In this document: positions 21,690 to 31,042 of the stretch, in pieces
Layout: each line of letters starts with the position of its first letter
Position numbering within the stretch: the first letter of the stretch is position 1
Position numbers and translations under genes: made by a program
Notes under the pieces: model-generated
The model's database searches: none
Seen by the model: only the letters and a program-made list of their open reading frames with translations
What the model was told of the DNA's origin: nothing
NCBI GenBank assembly: GCA_051439605.1
Contig: JBFRWN010000124.1
Location: 128,001 to 192,000, forward strand
DNA length: 64,000 bases
DNA from: Synechococcus sp.
GTDB lineage: Bacteria > Cyanobacteriota > Cyanobacteriia > Thermostichales > PCC-7336
Reading direction: 5' to 3'

Positions 21690-22013
21690 CTAAAGGGACA
21701 GGCGATCTTCCAAAGCCCGTACCTGCCGCTCTAGGCGATCCAGCCGTCCCCGCAGTTCGTCCATTTCCGCCTGGCGAGGTACTCCCCAATCCTGCATCGC
21801 GTTACGTATTTGCCGCTGCAGGGTGGCTTCGATGGTCTCCTGGTCGGTCCGAAATTGTGCCATCACCTTCTCAACCATTTGTCGAGCAGCTTCGGGATCT
21901 AGGCTGCCATTCTGGACTAACTCGTCCACCGCCTTGTTAAACTGCTCCATTACGACACTCGTCGTACCAATTCCCATCATTAAGAGTTGTCGCAATAAGC
22001 TGTTAGTTTCCAT
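21690..22013 (-). CDS. phasin-like (PhaF/PhaI-type) coiled-coil protein
   Basis: LLMMGIGTTS...VDELV..G.L...EA; GVPRQAEMDELRGRLDRLERQVR. Confidence 0.75.
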   Translation of the reverse strand: METNSLLRQLLMMGIGTTSVVMEQFNKAVDELVQNGSLDPEAARQMVEKVMAQFRTDQETIEATLQRQIRNAMQDWGVPRQAEMDELRGRLDRLERQVRALEDRLSL

Positions 22014-22069
22014 AACTCCTCAAATGGCTGCGCTATTTCTATTCTGTCAGACTATTTTCTTGCCCCCCC

Positions 22070-22441
22070 ATGTCTAACCCAATCCCGACGCCCCCAATGA
22101 CTCCCATTCAAGCTGTGCCTGACCAGCTGACGCTGCACCTAGAAACAGGGTCCATCAGCTTTAATTGCCCTCACTCAACCGCTGTCGAGCTCAATCGAGC
22201 CCTCGATACACTGGTAAAGCGCCTCAAAACGGTGGCTACCGATCCTAAATCCCCTCAGCCAGCGGTTGAATTCCGCAATACAGAAGGATTTTTTCTAGAA
22301 GTGTTCTGCAATCCCAATATCTGGCCCACCCCTTACGCAGCTAAGCTCAATCTCACCCTGAAAACCGATCGTGTCCGTCTCTCAACCGAGCTACTTCTGT
22401 CCCAAGTGCGTGAAGATATCGGTCAATTTTTGGGGAGATAA
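22070..22441 (+). CDS. conserved cyanobacterial hypothetical protein
   Basis: FLEVFCNPNIWPTPYAAK motif. Confidence 0.7.
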   Translation: MSNPIPTPPMTPIQAVPDQLTLHLETGSISFNCPHSTAVELNRALDTLVKRLKTVATDPKSPQPAVEFRNTEGFFLEVFCNPNIWPTPYAAKLNLTLKTDRVRLSTELLLSQVREDIGQFLGR

Positions 22442-22887
22442 TGTCGGAATTCTCCACCACCATCACCGCGCTCCCGCAGGAAGAGGCAAACGAGGGAAGG
22501 CCGACTGAAGCGGTCTGGCTAGATTGGCACGAACGCCGCAAAGCCCGACAGCGGGTCACGAGCGATGCTGGGACAGAGCTGTTTTTGGCTCTACCCCGAG
22601 GTACCGTTTTGGCGGACGGTCAGTGTCTGTATCGGGAGGCTGACAGACAGATTATTGTCAAAGCGAGATCGCAGCCTCTACTCAAAATTCATCCCCAATC
22701 CCCTGTGGAGAGCTGTCGCATCGCACACCATTTGGGCAATTGGCACCGTCCGATTCAAATCGATCCGGATGGAGTCATCTGGGTGGAATGCGATCGACCC
22801 ATTGCAGACTGGCTGCAGCGGACAGGGATTTCATTTGAAACATTAGAGTCCCCCTTCCATCCCAACTCCATTGCCCATCAGCATTAG
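22441..22887 (+). CDS. ureE: urease accessory protein UreE
   Basis: ERRKARQRV....G.E..L.LPRGTVL.DG, AHHLGNWH.P; start overlaps upstream stop. Confidence 0.85.
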   Translation: MSEFSTTITALPQEEANEGRPTEAVWLDWHERRKARQRVTSDAGTELFLALPRGTVLADGQCLYREADRQIIVKARSQPLLKIHPQSPVESCRIAHHLGNWHRPIQIDPDGVIWVECDRPIADWLQRTGISFETLESPFHPNSIAHQH

Positions 22888-23238
22888 TCCTAAATTGCAT
22901 GAGATAGTCTGACAACGGACGTCAACCCAAGAATAAATGGCGGCGAGGGGCATCAATTATGAGAAAATTCTGCCGAACGTCTGAAAGGCTCTCAGTTTTG
23001 TCACAGTCTGCATGATGCCTGCATCAGGCTCAAGAAATGGTCCCGACCTTAGAGAAGCTAATATGGCTGTTGAAACCTCGCTACTTATGGCTCAAGCAGT
23101 CCTTGCCGGGACTGGCGTTTGAGGGGCCTAGCCTTTAGTATGTAGCTTAATATAGTTAAGCTTTGGCACAGACGCCCGAACTTCAGACAGAGAGTTGCGC
23201 TCAATGTGTGAGCATAGGGGGAGCAAATTGGTGAGCGT

Positions 23239-23380
23239 TTTACATTTCTTTACCGCGTTTTCACTTTAGCGATGGGATTGCGTAGAGGTTTGTTTGGTTG
23301 TTGCTGAATTTGTTCTTGCCATTAAAAAGCTGTTATCCATGTCGGCTACATAATTCACATCGTTTTTACATTGTTGTTAC
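23239..23380 (+). promoter_or_regulatory. HLR1 (RpaB)-like TTACA direct repeats upstream of the linker gene
   Basis: TTTACATT-tc-TTTACCGC at 23239-23256 and further CTACAT/TCACAT/TTACAT/GTTACT repeats at 23345-23380; all imperfect. Confidence 0.35.
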
Positions 23381-23395
23381 TAGGAGTAGCACCGA

Positions 23396-24715
23396 ATGAA
23401 CTTTGGATCGACGTCACGGTTGGGACTCAGCCTGTACGAGACTTCCGACCCCTTGGAGCGATGGCCGGGTCAATCGAACGCTGATACTGAGGTCGTTATT
23501 CGGGCCATCTACCGCCAAGTGCTGGGCAACGTCCACATTATGGACAGCGAGCGACCGATCGCCCTCGAGTCTCGGCTCAGGAACGGAGAGTTGAGCGTCA
23601 GCGAATTTGTGCGCGCATTGGGCAAGTCTGCGCTATATGTAAAACGATTCTGTGATTGCCCCCGCTTCCGCCAGATCGAGCTGGGATACAAGCATTTCCT
23701 GGGTAGAGCCCCCAACAGCTATGCCGAAATGTTGGCTGGTACTGCAATCATGGATCGAGGCGGCTTCGATGCCTTGGTTGACTTTTTCGTAGACAGTGAT
23801 GAATTTAAGTCGACGTTCGGTAGCGATACGGTTCCTTACATCCGGGGCTATAAATCAGATGCTCTGAGTTCTAATGCAGGGTTCTCCTATATGTTCGAAC
23901 TCCTTGGCGGACCAGCCAGTAGCGATGCTGGGAAGGCTTCTGTTCTGAACGCATCCATCACACAAGAGAAGCCAAAGACGATCGCACCTGTTTACAAAAA
24001 GCCCGTTATTCTTCCTTATCAACCCCCAACTAAATTTACAATCCCAACTGCAGCTCCTGCTGCTACTCCTGCTGCTCCAACGTTTGCATCCACTCCCGCC
24101 GCCGTTCCCGGAAAAGTCCCGAGCGCCCCAGGTGGAGCACAAGCACCACTATTGGGCGAGGCTGCTACCAGTGGTGGATTTTTCGGAAAAATCCTCAGCT
24201 TTGTGGAAAAACTTACAGGTGGCGGAGAGGCCCCTGCTGCAGCTGAAGCCGGACAAGTGGCAGCCAGCGCGGCCCCAGAGCAGCCAAAAAAGGCATTTTT
24301 CTTAGAGCCCGATGAGGCAATTTCCTTGGGGAACGTGGAGTACATGCGCACTCCAAGAACCGTTCGTCGAAGCTTCCCCAACGTTGCCGAGCCCGACAAG
24401 CCACTGGAATTTGAAGCTGTCGTTGATGCAACTAAGAAAGTTATCACTCCCGAGGCTGAGAAGCCGACAGGAATTCCTTCTGCGCTTGCGCCGAAGAAAG
24501 AAGAAGTTAAAATTCCAGTTGTTATCGCGCCTTTCGCTCCTGGTGTGAAAGTATCGGAGTCATTGAAGGAGTTTGGTACGACTGCTTCAAGAGCGGGGAA
24601 ATCCGGTCCTTATGTTTCGATGTCGATGTCTCCTGAGGTATCCGTTCGTCGGAATAAGGACAGCAGCCTCGATGCATTTCGCAAGATGGCAACTGCAATT
24701 CGGAAAGGTGAATAG
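23396..24715 (+). CDS. phycobilisome rod linker polypeptide (PF00427, CpeC/CpeD/MpeD-like) with a long atypical C-terminal extension
   Basis: VIRAIYRQVLGN.HIMDSER...ESRLRNGELSV.EFVR, IELGYKHFLGRAP, FGSDTVPY.RGY; GGAG RBS. Confidence 0.88.
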   Translation: MNFGSTSRLGLSLYETSDPLERWPGQSNADTEVVIRAIYRQVLGNVHIMDSERPIALESRLRNGELSVSEFVRALGKSALYVKRFCDCPRFRQIELGYKHFLGRAPNSYAEMLAGTAIMDRGGFDALVDFFVDSDEFKSTFGSDTVPYIRGYKSDALSSNAGFSYMFELLGGPASSDAGKASVLNASITQEKPKTIAPVYKKPVILPYQPPTKFTIPTAAPAATPAAPTFASTPAAVPGKVPSAPGGAQAPLLGEAATSGGFFGKILSFVEKLTGGGEAPAAAEAGQVAASAAPEQPKKAFFLEPDEAISLGNVEYMRTPRTVRRSFPNVAEPDKPLEFEAVVDATKKVITPEAEKPTGIPSALAPKKEEVKIPVVIAPFAPGVKVSESLKEFGTTASRAGKSGPYVSMSMSPEVSVRRNKDSSLDAFRKMATAIRKGE

Positions 24716-24911
24716 TCTGGCTAGGTTGAGCAGGGCTCTGAATTGCTGTAAGTGTTCCCCCTCGTTTCCGCACTATACGGGAACCTAAAACGAACCTACA
24801 AATGACTCTGTCGATCGCCGGTAGAGTCATTTGTGTGGCGACCGTCAAGTTACCTTGCGATTTAGCAAGCCTCGATCGCCGATGTTGATTTGAGAAATGA
24901 CCGGACTCGAA

Positions 24912-27608
24912 TTAAGACTTCGAGTCCTTTTGGGGAAAACGATTGAGTACAAAAGCGATCGCCTCTTCCCGGGTTTGGAGCTTCCCATCGAGATTGGCAT
25001 CTCGGATCGCTTGCAGAATATTTCTGAAGCCAGGACCGGGGCGATATCCCAACTGTTTGAGATCGTGTCCGTTGATGGGGGCTTTTTGTTGCCGCCAGCC
25101 AGACAAGTATTGCCACAGCTGCCTGCGCAGCCAAGCTGGCATTGAGGCTGCCAAGAGAATGACATCCGCTACAGAGAGGCGATCGCAGAGTCGAGCTACT
25201 GCGCTGGGGGGGGATCCAGCTGAGAGTTCAGATAGGAACGTATCCCGACACTCTACAAAGTGCTTCAGACGCTGTAGCCCCTCCTGAGTCCAATCGAGGT
25301 ACGTTGCTGCTTCCGCGGCCCGATCGCATTGCAATAGTAAGGACTCTAGTCTGAGCTGCCAGATGTGCCGCTGGTTGACTTCCCGAAAACGACGGGCAAA
25401 GTAATACGCCCAGGCTCCCACCCGCCGCAACCTAGGTAAGGACGTTGGGGTGAGGCGAAGATCGGGGTGCAGATAATGGAACGCTTCGAGGCGATCGAGC
25501 ATTTGCAAGCCCTGCCGCCAGTTTTGGGTCTCGAGCAAGTAATACAGCTCTTGCTTAAGGCGAGGCCCTTGTTCCAAGGTCACCCCAGGTAACTGTTTTC
25601 CACGCACCAGTCGGCTAGCAGCCAAGGCATATTCGCGGGTGCGATCGTCCAGTTCGAAACCGAGACGCACGGCAAAACGTACTGCCCGGATGGTGCGGGT
25701 GGGATCTTCGACGAAGCTATTGGGATGTAAAACCCGCAGCAGCTTTCGGTCTAAATCCTCCAGACCACCAAAGAAATCCAGAATTTCCCCCGCCTGCGGG
25801 CCGTTGAGCCGGAGGGCAAGAGCATTGATAGAAAAATCTCGTCGATAGAGATCCTGTTGGATTGAACTGGCAGATACCTCCGGGGCGGCTGCAGGATACG
25901 GGTAAAACTCGGTGCGGGCGGTGGCGATGTCGATCCAAAGGCCGTCCGGCCAAGTGAGGGCGGCCGTTTGAAATTTGCCGTGAATTTCCAGTTTGGTCTC
26001 GGGGTACTCCTCCTGCAACACTCGGGCCAGCTTCACCCCCCATCCCTCCGGTTCTTCATCGCTCATACTAATGGGGTGACGTCCATCTACCACTAAATCG
26101 AGGTCGTCCGTGGGGCGATCGAGCAACATATCCCTGACTGTGCCCCCCACTACGTACAGTTGCAGGTTCATGCGATCCGCTGCGTCTGCAGCTTTATTCA
26201 AAATGTCCCAGTAGCGATCGGGAAGCATCTGCTGCAGCTTGACCTGCAGGCGATCGCGCACCTGTACCGACGGTTGTTCGGTAGGATGCAAGTCATGCAG
26301 TTGCCGCAGTACGTCCGTTCGGGTGACGATGCCCACCAACTCGCCGCGATCGATGACAGGCAATCGGCCAATATCCCGCTTCAACATCAAATTCTGAATC
26401 TCTGCCAAAGAGGTTTGCGGTTGAATGAAGTAAACGGGATGGGTCATGTATCCCTTCACCGGAGCGTGACCGAAGCCGTGGTGCAAAGCTAGGTCCAAAT
26501 CTCGACGGGAAACGACCCCCACCAACTCGCCACTTTCGTTGACCACCGATAGTCCAGAGTGGCCGTACCGCAGCAGCACCCGCTGGGCTTCGTTGATGGT
26601 GATGTCCGGCCGAATGGTGCGCACGGGGGAGGACATCAACTCCGATGCAGTGACCGGGTGAGGAATCCGATCACGCAAGCGGTTGCGAATGTCTGCGGCC
26701 AGTGTTTCTAGTCCCTCCAGATCGCTGACATGAAGGTCCTCAGCTTTCAGGGAGGCTGATGCGGCTCGAGGATGACCGCCGCCGCTGTAGGGTTGCATCA
26801 CTGTTTGCAGTTGAGCAAAGTCATGCATCGATCGCCCGATGATGCTGATGCGCTTGCCTTGGTGGGCTATCACCACCAGGATATCTAGGTCCGTCAGCTC
26901 CATTAGCCGCTCTACAATGCCCGAGAGTCCCCGCAAATAGACATCGCTTTGTACTGCCCACACCGCCAGTCGATAACCAGAGACCATCTCGCTAATTTGG
27001 CTAATGGTGTCCAGCCCTTGGGCTAGTAGCTCTTGCAGATCTGGGGTGAGACCGCGATCGATATAGGTCGATAGCACATCAAGATTCACCCCCCGCTCCA
27101 TCAACCAGGCCAGAGCAGCTGCGTCCCGAGGAGAGCTATTGCCGAAGGTAAGAGAGCCTGTATCGACGTGAATCCCTAATGCTAGTGCCGTGACCTCAAA
27201 AGGACTTAGCTCGATGTCTGTTTGTCGCAATCGTTCTACCATCAATGTGGAAGTGGCCCCTACTGGCTCTACACACCAAACCTTGGGTTGGTAATCTGGC
27301 TGCTTGGGGTTGGGGTGGTGGTCGAAAACATGCACTTCCACGTCTTCGCGGTAGACCCAAGACTCAGCTTTTCCCAATCTTTGAGGGGATTGTACGTCCA
27401 CTAACACAATGCGATGGAGCGATCTCTCGTCCACCGATCGTATTTCGATGAGGGGATATTCGTCTCGGTGCAGAGCCAAAAATTCTTTCACCGGCTGGTG
27501 TGCTCCGCCTGTGAGGACAATTTTGGCCCCAGGGTACAAGTGCGCTGCCCCCACCGCTGCACCGAGGGCGTCAAAATCAGCAGTTTCGTGGCAAAGAATG
27601 ACATCCAT
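24912..27608 (-). CDS. DHH/CBS-domain tRNA nucleotidyltransferase (A-adding type)
   Basis: HETADFDALG, DHH, GGGH..AAS, two CBS domains, VGGTVRD..DLDLVV, DLYRRDFSINA, SFVEDPTR; real start MDVILCH at 27608. Confidence 0.92.
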   Translation of the reverse strand: MDVILCHETADFDALGAAVGAAHLYPGAKIVLTGGAHQPVKEFLALHRDEYPLIEIRSVDERSLHRIVLVDVQSPQRLGKAESWVYREDVEVHVFDHHPNPKQPDYQPKVWCVEPVGATSTLMVERLRQTDIELSPFEVTALALGIHVDTGSLTFGNSSPRDAAALAWLMERGVNLDVLSTYIDRGLTPDLQELLAQGLDTISQISEMVSGYRLAVWAVQSDVYLRGLSGIVERLMELTDLDILVVIAHQGKRISIIGRSMHDFAQLQTVMQPYSGGGHPRAASASLKAEDLHVSDLEGLETLAADIRNRLRDRIPHPVTASELMSSPVRTIRPDITINEAQRVLLRYGHSGLSVVNESGELVGVVSRRDLDLALHHGFGHAPVKGYMTHPVYFIQPQTSLAEIQNLMLKRDIGRLPVIDRGELVGIVTRTDVLRQLHDLHPTEQPSVQVRDRLQVKLQQMLPDRYWDILNKAADAADRMNLQLYVVGGTVRDMLLDRPTDDLDLVVDGRHPISMSDEEPEGWGVKLARVLQEEYPETKLEIHGKFQTAALTWPDGLWIDIATARTEFYPYPAAAPEVSASSIQQDLYRRDFSINALALRLNGPQAGEILDFFGGLEDLDRKLLRVLHPNSFVEDPTRTIRAVRFAVRLGFELDDRTREYALAASRLVRGKQLPGVTLEQGPRLKQELYYLLETQNWRQGLQMLDRLEAFHYLHPDLRLTPTSLPRLRRVGAWAYYFARRFREVNQRHIWQLRLESLLLQCDRAAEAATYLDWTQEGLQRLKHFVECRDTFLSELSAGSPPSAVARLCDRLSVADVILLAASMPAWLRRQLWQYLSGWRQQKAPINGHDLKQLGYRPGPGFRNILQAIRDANLDGKLQTREEAIAFVLNRFPQKDSKS

Positions 27609-27825
27609 AAACAGGCGCGGACTGGCGAGAAGGATAGTGGAATAGCTCGTGAGGCTATCTTGATTCTTGCATCTGCGGTCATGCAGAGTTGGAGATTGGT
27701 GGGGGGAGAATGAGCGATCGTCAACAACGGTCCTGCATACCCTAGGAAAAAGCCCTGCCGCAGTGGGCAAGGCGCTGTTTAGCGTGGGAAGTGAAAGACT
27801 CAATGGGAACGGGCTAGTGCTTGAG

Positions 27826-28341
27826 TTAATAGGCTCCGGACTCGCTGCTGGTGCCCGAGTCATTGAGAGTTTGGAGGAACTTGGGACGGAAGTTTTTGTT
27901 GTAGACACCAGACTCGCTACTGGCGGACGCTTCGTTGACTTTTTGTAGGAACTCGGGTCGGAAGTTTTTGTTGTAGACACCAGACTCACTACTGGTGGAC
28001 GCTTCGTTGACTTTTTGTAGGAACTCGGGTCGGAAGTTTTTGTTGTAGACACCAGACTCGCTGCTGCTGCCTGCGTCATTAAGCGTTTGCAGGAACTTGG
28101 GGCGAGAGTTTTTGTTGTAGACGCCAGACTCGCTGCTAGAGGAGGCGCTGTTTACTTTTTGGAGAAACTCGGGCCGGAAGTTTTTGCGGGAAGCGCCAGA
28201 ATTTTTGCTGGTGCCTTGAGATTCGAGGCGGTCGAGGGTTTCGAGAATGGAAGCGTTAGAAGGAGCGGGGGCTGCAGCGGCAACTACGGCAACAGCTGCG
28301 ATCGCGAAGGTGGCGGAAGACAGAGTTTTGAAAGCGTTCAT
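27826..28341 (-). CDS. secreted protein of five 24-aa tandem repeats, unknown function
   Basis: Signal peptide MNAFKTLSSATFAIAAVAVVAAAAPAPSNA, GGAG RBS, repeats NKN(F/S)RP(E/K)FLQ(KV/TL)NxxxxSSESG(V/A)Y. Confidence 0.85.
   Translation of the reverse strand: MNAFKTLSSATFAIAAVAVVAAAAPAPSNASILETLDRLESQGTSKNSGASRKNFRPEFLQKVNSASSSSESGVYNKNSRPKFLQTLNDAGSSSESGVYNKNFRPEFLQKVNEASTSSESGVYNKNFRPEFLQKVNEASASSESGVYNKNFRPKFLQTLNDSGTSSESGAY
27829..28188. repeat. five 72-bp coding tandem repeats
   Basis: gtttttgttgtagac(a/g)ccagactc recurs at a 72-bp period; frame is preserved and many changes are synonymous. Confidence 0.95.
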
Positions 28342-28731
28342 GATGAAATCTCCGATGTGGTGTGAGGGATTTCGAATTCCTTATTTCCCTGACGCTTATC
28401 AGTAAACGAGGTCTGGCTGAGAGTTAACCAAAGGTTCTATCTACATTCGTTAAAGGTCCGGTGAGCGATCGCTCGTATCGCTTTAAGGTGGTTCTCAGGT
28501 GAGAACTGGCGACGATCCAGTTGAGGAGATCGACTGGGGCAGTACCCACTACCACTGATGCTGTTGTCGTTTACACGGTTTACAAAGCTTCCCAATGGAA
28601 AAATTTGGCAGTTGGAAACCTTGCTATAAGGTTGCTAACGGCTGGCATCCAAATGCTGTCTCGGGGAACGATAACCAGAGGTCAGCTGTGGCCGCCATCT
28701 AGACCGCAAACCTGTTGTGTGAATACAAGCC

Positions 28732-29619
28732 GTGGGCAAACCCCTCACAGTCTTATTTGCCGATGTGTGTGACAGTACGTCACTGTACGAAACTCTGGGG
28801 AATCAGGAGGCTCAGCGAACCATTGGTGCATCGCTGCTGCAGATCGTGGCGATCGTGCAGGAATGTCGGGGCTGTACGGTCAAGATGCTTGGGGATGGGG
28901 TGTTGGCAGTGTTCGAATGTCCCCAAGATGCCTGTCAGGCTGCGATGGAAATTCAGCGTCAGCTTTCCAATTATTTTCGAGCGGGTGGAATTCGTTCGGG
29001 TATGAAGGTTGGCCTCAATCAGGGGGATGTGGTTCGCGAAGGCGGAGATGTATTTGGAGATGCGGTGAATGTGGCCTCCCGATTGGGAGAGACTGCGAAG
29101 ATCGATCAAATTTTGACCACCCAAGCAACGATTGCGGCTCTCGATTCTGCTTGGCCACTCCAAATACGGGAGGTGGACCGCCTGTACGTCAAAGGCAAGC
29201 GAGAACGGGTGGATGTGTGCGAAATCATTTGGAAGCAAGAGGGACTGACAGTCGCTAAGTTTTTAGCCCAGCCAACTGCGACGTTATCCCCCAAGCTAAC
29301 GCTGCAGGTTGAGGACCTAGAGGCAATCGCCGATCGCCAACATCCGACCCTTACAGTTGGAAGGGATACCGATAACGATCTGACCATCGATAGCAATTTA
29401 GCGTCTCGCCACCACGCCCGCATCGAATTCCGGCGCAACAAGTTTTATTTGGTCGATCGCAGCACCAACGGAACCTATGTTTACATGTCCGCCAATGCCC
29501 CCGCTGTCTTCGTTCGGTGGGAGGAGCTGGTTTTGAAGGGGGATGGTTGGTTGGGGCTGGGGCAAGAGGTGACGTCAGCGGAAGCAGCTACGATTCGATT
29601 TTCTAGCACTATGTCGTAG
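28732..29619 (+). CDS. class III adenylate cyclase with C-terminal FHA domain
   Basis: LFADVCDST, VKMLGDG, DVFGDAVNVASRL (K/D adenine-specifying residues); FHA motifs VGR, SRHHA, STNGT. Confidence 0.9.
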   Translation: MGKPLTVLFADVCDSTSLYETLGNQEAQRTIGASLLQIVAIVQECRGCTVKMLGDGVLAVFECPQDACQAAMEIQRQLSNYFRAGGIRSGMKVGLNQGDVVREGGDVFGDAVNVASRLGETAKIDQILTTQATIAALDSAWPLQIREVDRLYVKGKRERVDVCEIIWKQEGLTVAKFLAQPTATLSPKLTLQVEDLEAIADRQHPTLTVGRDTDNDLTIDSNLASRHHARIEFRRNKFYLVDRSTNGTYVYMSANAPAVFVRWEELVLKGDGWLGLGQEVTSAEAATIRFSSTMS

Positions 29620-29697
29620 AGATGGCATTGCTCGGCACAGAGTCGCTTGCCGCGATGTTGCGATTACACTGGCTAGGACCCTCTTGCTTGGATTCCA

Positions 29698-30666
29698 TTG
29701 GCTGCCTTTACCCTCCGTTCTGCGACACCAAGCGACACCCCCGCGATCTTTCGGCTAATTCAAACGCTGGCAGAGTACGAGCGTTTAGCCCACGAGGTGA
29801 CGGGTTCTCTGGAGATGCTGCATGGGTCGCTGTTTGGCGATCGCCCAGTGGCTGAAGTGTTGCTGGCGGATTTGGATGGCGAAGCGGCGGGGTTTGCGTT
29901 GTTTTTTCCCACCTATTCGTCTTTTGAGGGTAAGCCAGGGATTTATTTAGAAGATTTGTTCGTGCGGTCCGAGTTCCGGCGCAAAGGAATTGCAAAAGCG
30001 TTGTTGAGCAGGCTGGCGCAGTTGGTGCTAGAGCGGAAGGGATCTAGGTTGCAATGGGCGGTGCTAGATTGGAATACCCCTGCGATTGAGTTTTACCAGC
30101 GCATTGGGGCAGAGCAACTGGGACACCGCTGTCTATGCCGCGTGACGGGTGGCGACCTCACTGAATTAGCGGAAAGGGAGGCGAAGCAGGAGGTGAGATC
30201 GCCGCAGTTTGAAGATCTGACCTCTATCCTCAGTTTGCTGCGGGGGAATGCGCAGTTTCACGATTTGCTGGATCGATTTCATTTGAGCGAGGCGGAGCTT
30301 TCGCGAGCCGTATTTCAATCGCCACCTGCGTTGGAGGTGGTAGTGACGGAGGCTAGAAAAACAATTTGTGGAATAGGGACGTTTTTTGCCAATTACTCGA
30401 CGTTTTTGACGCAGGCGGGGATCCATTTGGATGACCTGCTGATTGCTGAAGATTATCGGCGGCAGGGATTTGGGTCGGCGTTGCTGACTCGACTGGCGCG
30501 GGCGGCGGTGGAGCGGGATGCAGGGCGGTTGGAGTGGTACGTGTATCGGGATAACGAGGAGGCGATCGCCTTTTATCGGCATATGGGGGCGAAACTGCTG
30601 CCAGAATGGATACCGAACCGCGTGAGCGATCGCGCGTTGGTCAATCTTGCTCGGGGAGTGTTATGA
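29698..30666 (+). CDS. tandem-domain GNAT acetyltransferase (diamine acetyltransferase-like)
   Basis: Two domains: YSSFEGKPGIYLEDLFV..EFRRKGIA and YSTFLTQAGIHLDDL....YRRQGFG. Confidence 0.88.
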   Translation: MAAFTLRSATPSDTPAIFRLIQTLAEYERLAHEVTGSLEMLHGSLFGDRPVAEVLLADLDGEAAGFALFFPTYSSFEGKPGIYLEDLFVRSEFRRKGIAKALLSRLAQLVLERKGSRLQWAVLDWNTPAIEFYQRIGAEQLGHRCLCRVTGGDLTELAEREAKQEVRSPQFEDLTSILSLLRGNAQFHDLLDRFHLSEAELSRAVFQSPPALEVVVTEARKTICGIGTFFANYSTFLTQAGIHLDDLLIAEDYRRQGFGSALLTRLARAAVERDAGRLEWYVYRDNEEAIAFYRHMGAKLLPEWIPNRVSDRALVNLARGVL

Positions 30667-30992
30667 AAGGCCCCTCTTTTCCTCTGTATCGTTGGTTTCG
30701 CCAAGGGATCCGCAATCCTGTCACTCGTCAGTGGGTGATTGCGGGGGTGTTGGTGTATTTGGTTAGCCCGATTGATATTGTGCCGTCGTTTTTTCCTGGG
30801 GTGGGGGAGATTGACGATGTGGTGTTGTTGGGACTGCTGCTGTCGGAGTTAGTGCAGTTGTGGTGGGGGAATCAGTTGAATCCGGAGGGGGATGTGGAAG
30901 AAGGGCAGGCTGAGACTCAGAAGTCTACGGGGGCTGGTTCGGCGGCTAGCAGTCAGGTGGTGGATATTGAGGCGGTGGCTGTGGATGAGTAA
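30663..30992 (+). CDS. YkvA/DUF1232 family protein
   Basis: YLVSPIDIVP.FFPGVGEIDD; ATGA overlap with the GNAT stop. Confidence 0.85.
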   Translation: MKGPSFPLYRWFRQGIRNPVTRQWVIAGVLVYLVSPIDIVPSFFPGVGEIDDVVLLGLLLSELVQLWWGNQLNPEGDVEEGQAETQKSTGAGSAASSQVVDIEAVAVDE

Positions 30993-31042
30993 GTCGCAGC
31001 TTTTAGGATAGGGCAATTCAGGCTCTTTATCTGATTGAGTAA

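Noticed and set aside
27609..28079. 157-aa N-terminal extension of the 1055-aa nucleotidyltransferase ORF with STTKTSDPSS repeats
   Set aside because: It is an alternate-frame reading of the repeat-protein gene; the recognisable protein starts at MDVILCH (27608).
27829..28188. 72-bp periodic repeat containing TGTTGTAGA, superficially CRISPR-like (Cas12a-style repeat end)
   Set aside because: The would-be spacers are homologous to each other, the period is a multiple of 3, changes preserve the protein, and there are no cas genes; it is a coding repeat.
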